This document shows positions 62,263 to 64,000 of a stretch of DNA of 64,000 nt, piece by piece. Both the position numbers and the translations under genes were made by a program. Source of the stretch: an uncultured Nitrososphaerota archaeon (GTDB lineage: Archaea > Thermoproteota > Nitrososphaeria > Nitrososphaerales > Nitrosopumilaceae); the NCBI GenBank assembly GCA_963701075.1, contig OY969559.1, positions 608,001 through 672,000 on the forward strand. Direction: 5' to 3'. Numbering within the stretch: position 1 is the stretch's first letter; each line of letters starts with the position of its first letter. The notes under the pieces are model-generated. The model was not told the origin of the DNA and did not search any database. It was given only the letters and a program-made list of their open reading frames with translations.

Positions 62263-63315
62263 ATGCAGGCGGCAAGAATTGTCAAAATAAAAGAACCACT
62301 TGAAATTCAAAATCTTGAATCTCCAAAACCTAAGGGATCTCAAGTGTTGATTAAAGTAGAATCTGCCGGAGTATGTCACAGTGATATTCACCTTTGGGAC
62401 GGGGGTTATGAAGGCCCAGGAGGTCAAATCTTGAAGACTACTGATCGAGGTGTAAAATATCCTCTAACCCCAGGTCATGAAGTTGCTGGTGTGGTAGAAA
62501 GTATGGGAGAAGACGTAGAAGGATTTGCAAAAAATGAAAAGGTTCTTGTGTTTCCGTGGATTGGTGAAGGACTATGTCCAGCTTGTAGAGTAGGCGAAGA
62601 AAATTTATGTGACAAACCTAGATCTTTGGGAGTTTACAACGATGGTGGATACGCGGAATATGTTTTGGTTCCAAGTTACAAATATCTTGCAAAAATTCCT
62701 GACTTGGATACTGACATTAGCGCCCCATTATCGTGTTCGGCTCTAACTGCATATGGTGCAGTTAAGAACGCACAGTTGAAACCTAACGATAACGTTGTGA
62801 TAGTAGGGGCGGGAGGACTTGGATTGATGGGAATACAGTTGGCAAAGGCGATTTCTGGTGCAAGAATAATAGCGATGGATCTTGATGATAATAAATTGAA
62901 GGTAGCAAAAGAAAATGGTGCAGATGCTGTTATCAATTCTAAAAATGAAGATCCTGTAAAAGCTATAATGGAGTTAACGGGAAATCTGGGAGCTGACGCA
63001 GTGATAGATTTTGTTAACGCAAGCAAGACTGTGGAAACAGATATGCAAATACTCAGACGAAGAGCACGTGTAGTTCTTGTTGGATTGTTTGGAGGAGCAT
63101 TACAACTAAATCTAGTATCTATGCCTACAAGGGCGTACAAGTTAATTGGCTCATACACTGGTTCTATGCCTGACATGTTGGAACTAGTGTCTCTGGCGCA
63201 ACGAAATATCATAAAACCCGTAATCTCAAACAAATTCAAACTAAATCAAGCAACAGAGGCGCTTACAATGTTAAAACAAGGAAAGATAATTGGGAGAGGA
63301 ATCATAAACCCATAA
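62263..63315 (+). CDS. Zinc-dependent alcohol dehydrogenase (MDR family)
   Basis: GVCHSD, GHE, EGLCPACRVGEENLC, GAGGLG; start moved to ATG 62263. Confidence 0.94.
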   Translation: MQAARIVKIKEPLEIQNLESPKPKGSQVLIKVESAGVCHSDIHLWDGGYEGPGGQILKTTDRGVKYPLTPGHEVAGVVESMGEDVEGFAKNEKVLVFPWIGEGLCPACRVGEENLCDKPRSLGVYNDGGYAEYVLVPSYKYLAKIPDLDTDISAPLSCSALTAYGAVKNAQLKPNDNVVIVGAGGLGLMGIQLAKAISGARIIAMDLDDNKLKVAKENGADAVINSKNEDPVKAIMELTGNLGADAVIDFVNASKTVETDMQILRRRARVVLVGLFGGALQLNLVSMPTRAYKLIGSYTGSMPDMLELVSLAQRNIIKPVISNKFKLNQATEALTMLKQGKIIGRGIINP

Positions 63316-63419
63316 TTTCTTCATGTTGTCAACTATGATCAAATCATCTAAAACAATCTACTACCAAGAACAACATCAGTTAAGATTAATACTGGATTGA
63401 AAAGGACTTCATTTTATGT

Positions 63420-63492
63420 GGCCCTTGTAGTACAGTGGCGAGTATAGGGGACTGTGGATCCCCGGACAGGGGTTCGATTCCCCTCAAGGGCC
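63420..63492 (+). tRNA. tRNA-His(GTG) with genomically encoded G-1
   Basis: G+GCCCTTG/CAAGGGC+C, anticodon arm GGGGA-CTGTGGA-TCCCC, GGTTCGATTCC. Confidence 0.95.
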
Positions 63493-63557
63493 TTTATCTT
63501 AATTTTATGACTAGTATGTGTGAATAAAATTAAAGATATCAAAAAAACTTTTACATG

Positions 63558-63917
63558 TCAAAATATGCCGTACTTGCTAGATTCCATCTCTTCTTTTATA
63601 GCAAGTTTCACCTTTGCATTTTTTTGAATAACTTTCTGTTCGAGCCATTTCAAAAATTTATGTTCCAGGGTCTTTCCCTTTATTTTTTCAAAATCTGGGC
63701 CTAATTGATCAGATAATTTTCTTACAAGTGACTTGTTAATGCATACCACATAAAAATGCCATCCAAAGGCAAATTCTGAATCAGTTATGATAAAGTCTTT
63801 TTCTCCATGAACCATTTGTTCAAGATTACTCAGTGTAGATATGATTGCCTTGCTAGTAGATTCATAGTCAGTTGCAGAAACATTGATGTTTATTCTTTCT
63901 TCCATCACATTACTCAT
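63558..63917 (-). CDS. Hypothetical protein
   Basis: 119-aa ATG ORF (ITDSEFAFGWHF), no recognised function. Confidence 0.75.
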   Translation of the reverse strand: MSNVMEERININVSATDYESTSKAIISTLSNLEQMVHGEKDFIITDSEFAFGWHFYVVCINKSLVRKLSDQLGPDFEKIKGKTLEHKFLKWLEQKVIQKNAKVKLAIKEEMESSKYGIF

Positions 63918-64000
63918 ACAAGGTTTACAAATAAAAACATGACTGCCTACGAGGCATTTTGATTCAGCAAATGTTCTACTTCGATATTAAAATATGTCTT

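Noticed and set aside
1-64000. CRISPR array, rRNA genes, provirus, amoABC, DNA methyltransferase
   Set aside because: None seen in this window

Overview
A 64-kb low-GC window from an ammonia-oxidising archaeon (Nitrososphaerota; Nitrosotalea/Nitrosopumilales-like by gene content, genus not established). Most of it is core genome: grpE-dnaK-dnaJ, gatDE, cdc48, rpl2, pelota, tetraether lipid synthase, mtnA, complex III (Rieske, cytochrome b, blue-copper protein), tgtA, ychF, kae1/bud32, rdgB, taw1, four tRNAs and the SRP RNA. It also holds a ~13.6-kb surface-glycan cluster (21884-35503) and one complete IS701/ISH3-type element. Main observations: (1) All 14 clear frameshifts, in 12 genes including essential ones, are repaired by removing one base inside or beside the palindrome AGCT. 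This is best read as a sequencing-error footprint of AGCT DNA methylation, not pseudogenisation. (2) A sugar acetyltransferase gene and its promoter lie between two perfect 49-bp inverted repeats, a candidate invertible (phase-variable) or mobile glycan-modification cassette. (3) An intergenic C/D-box sRNA has a D guide predicting 2'-O-methylation of wobble C34 in tRNA-Leu(CAA). (4) The IS interrupts a membrane protein carrying two copies of the PmoC/AmoC-type D-x3-H-x12-H metal motif. (5) Two small ORFs below the ORF-track cutoff have their own TATA boxes. All calls come from reading the sequence; no database searches were run.
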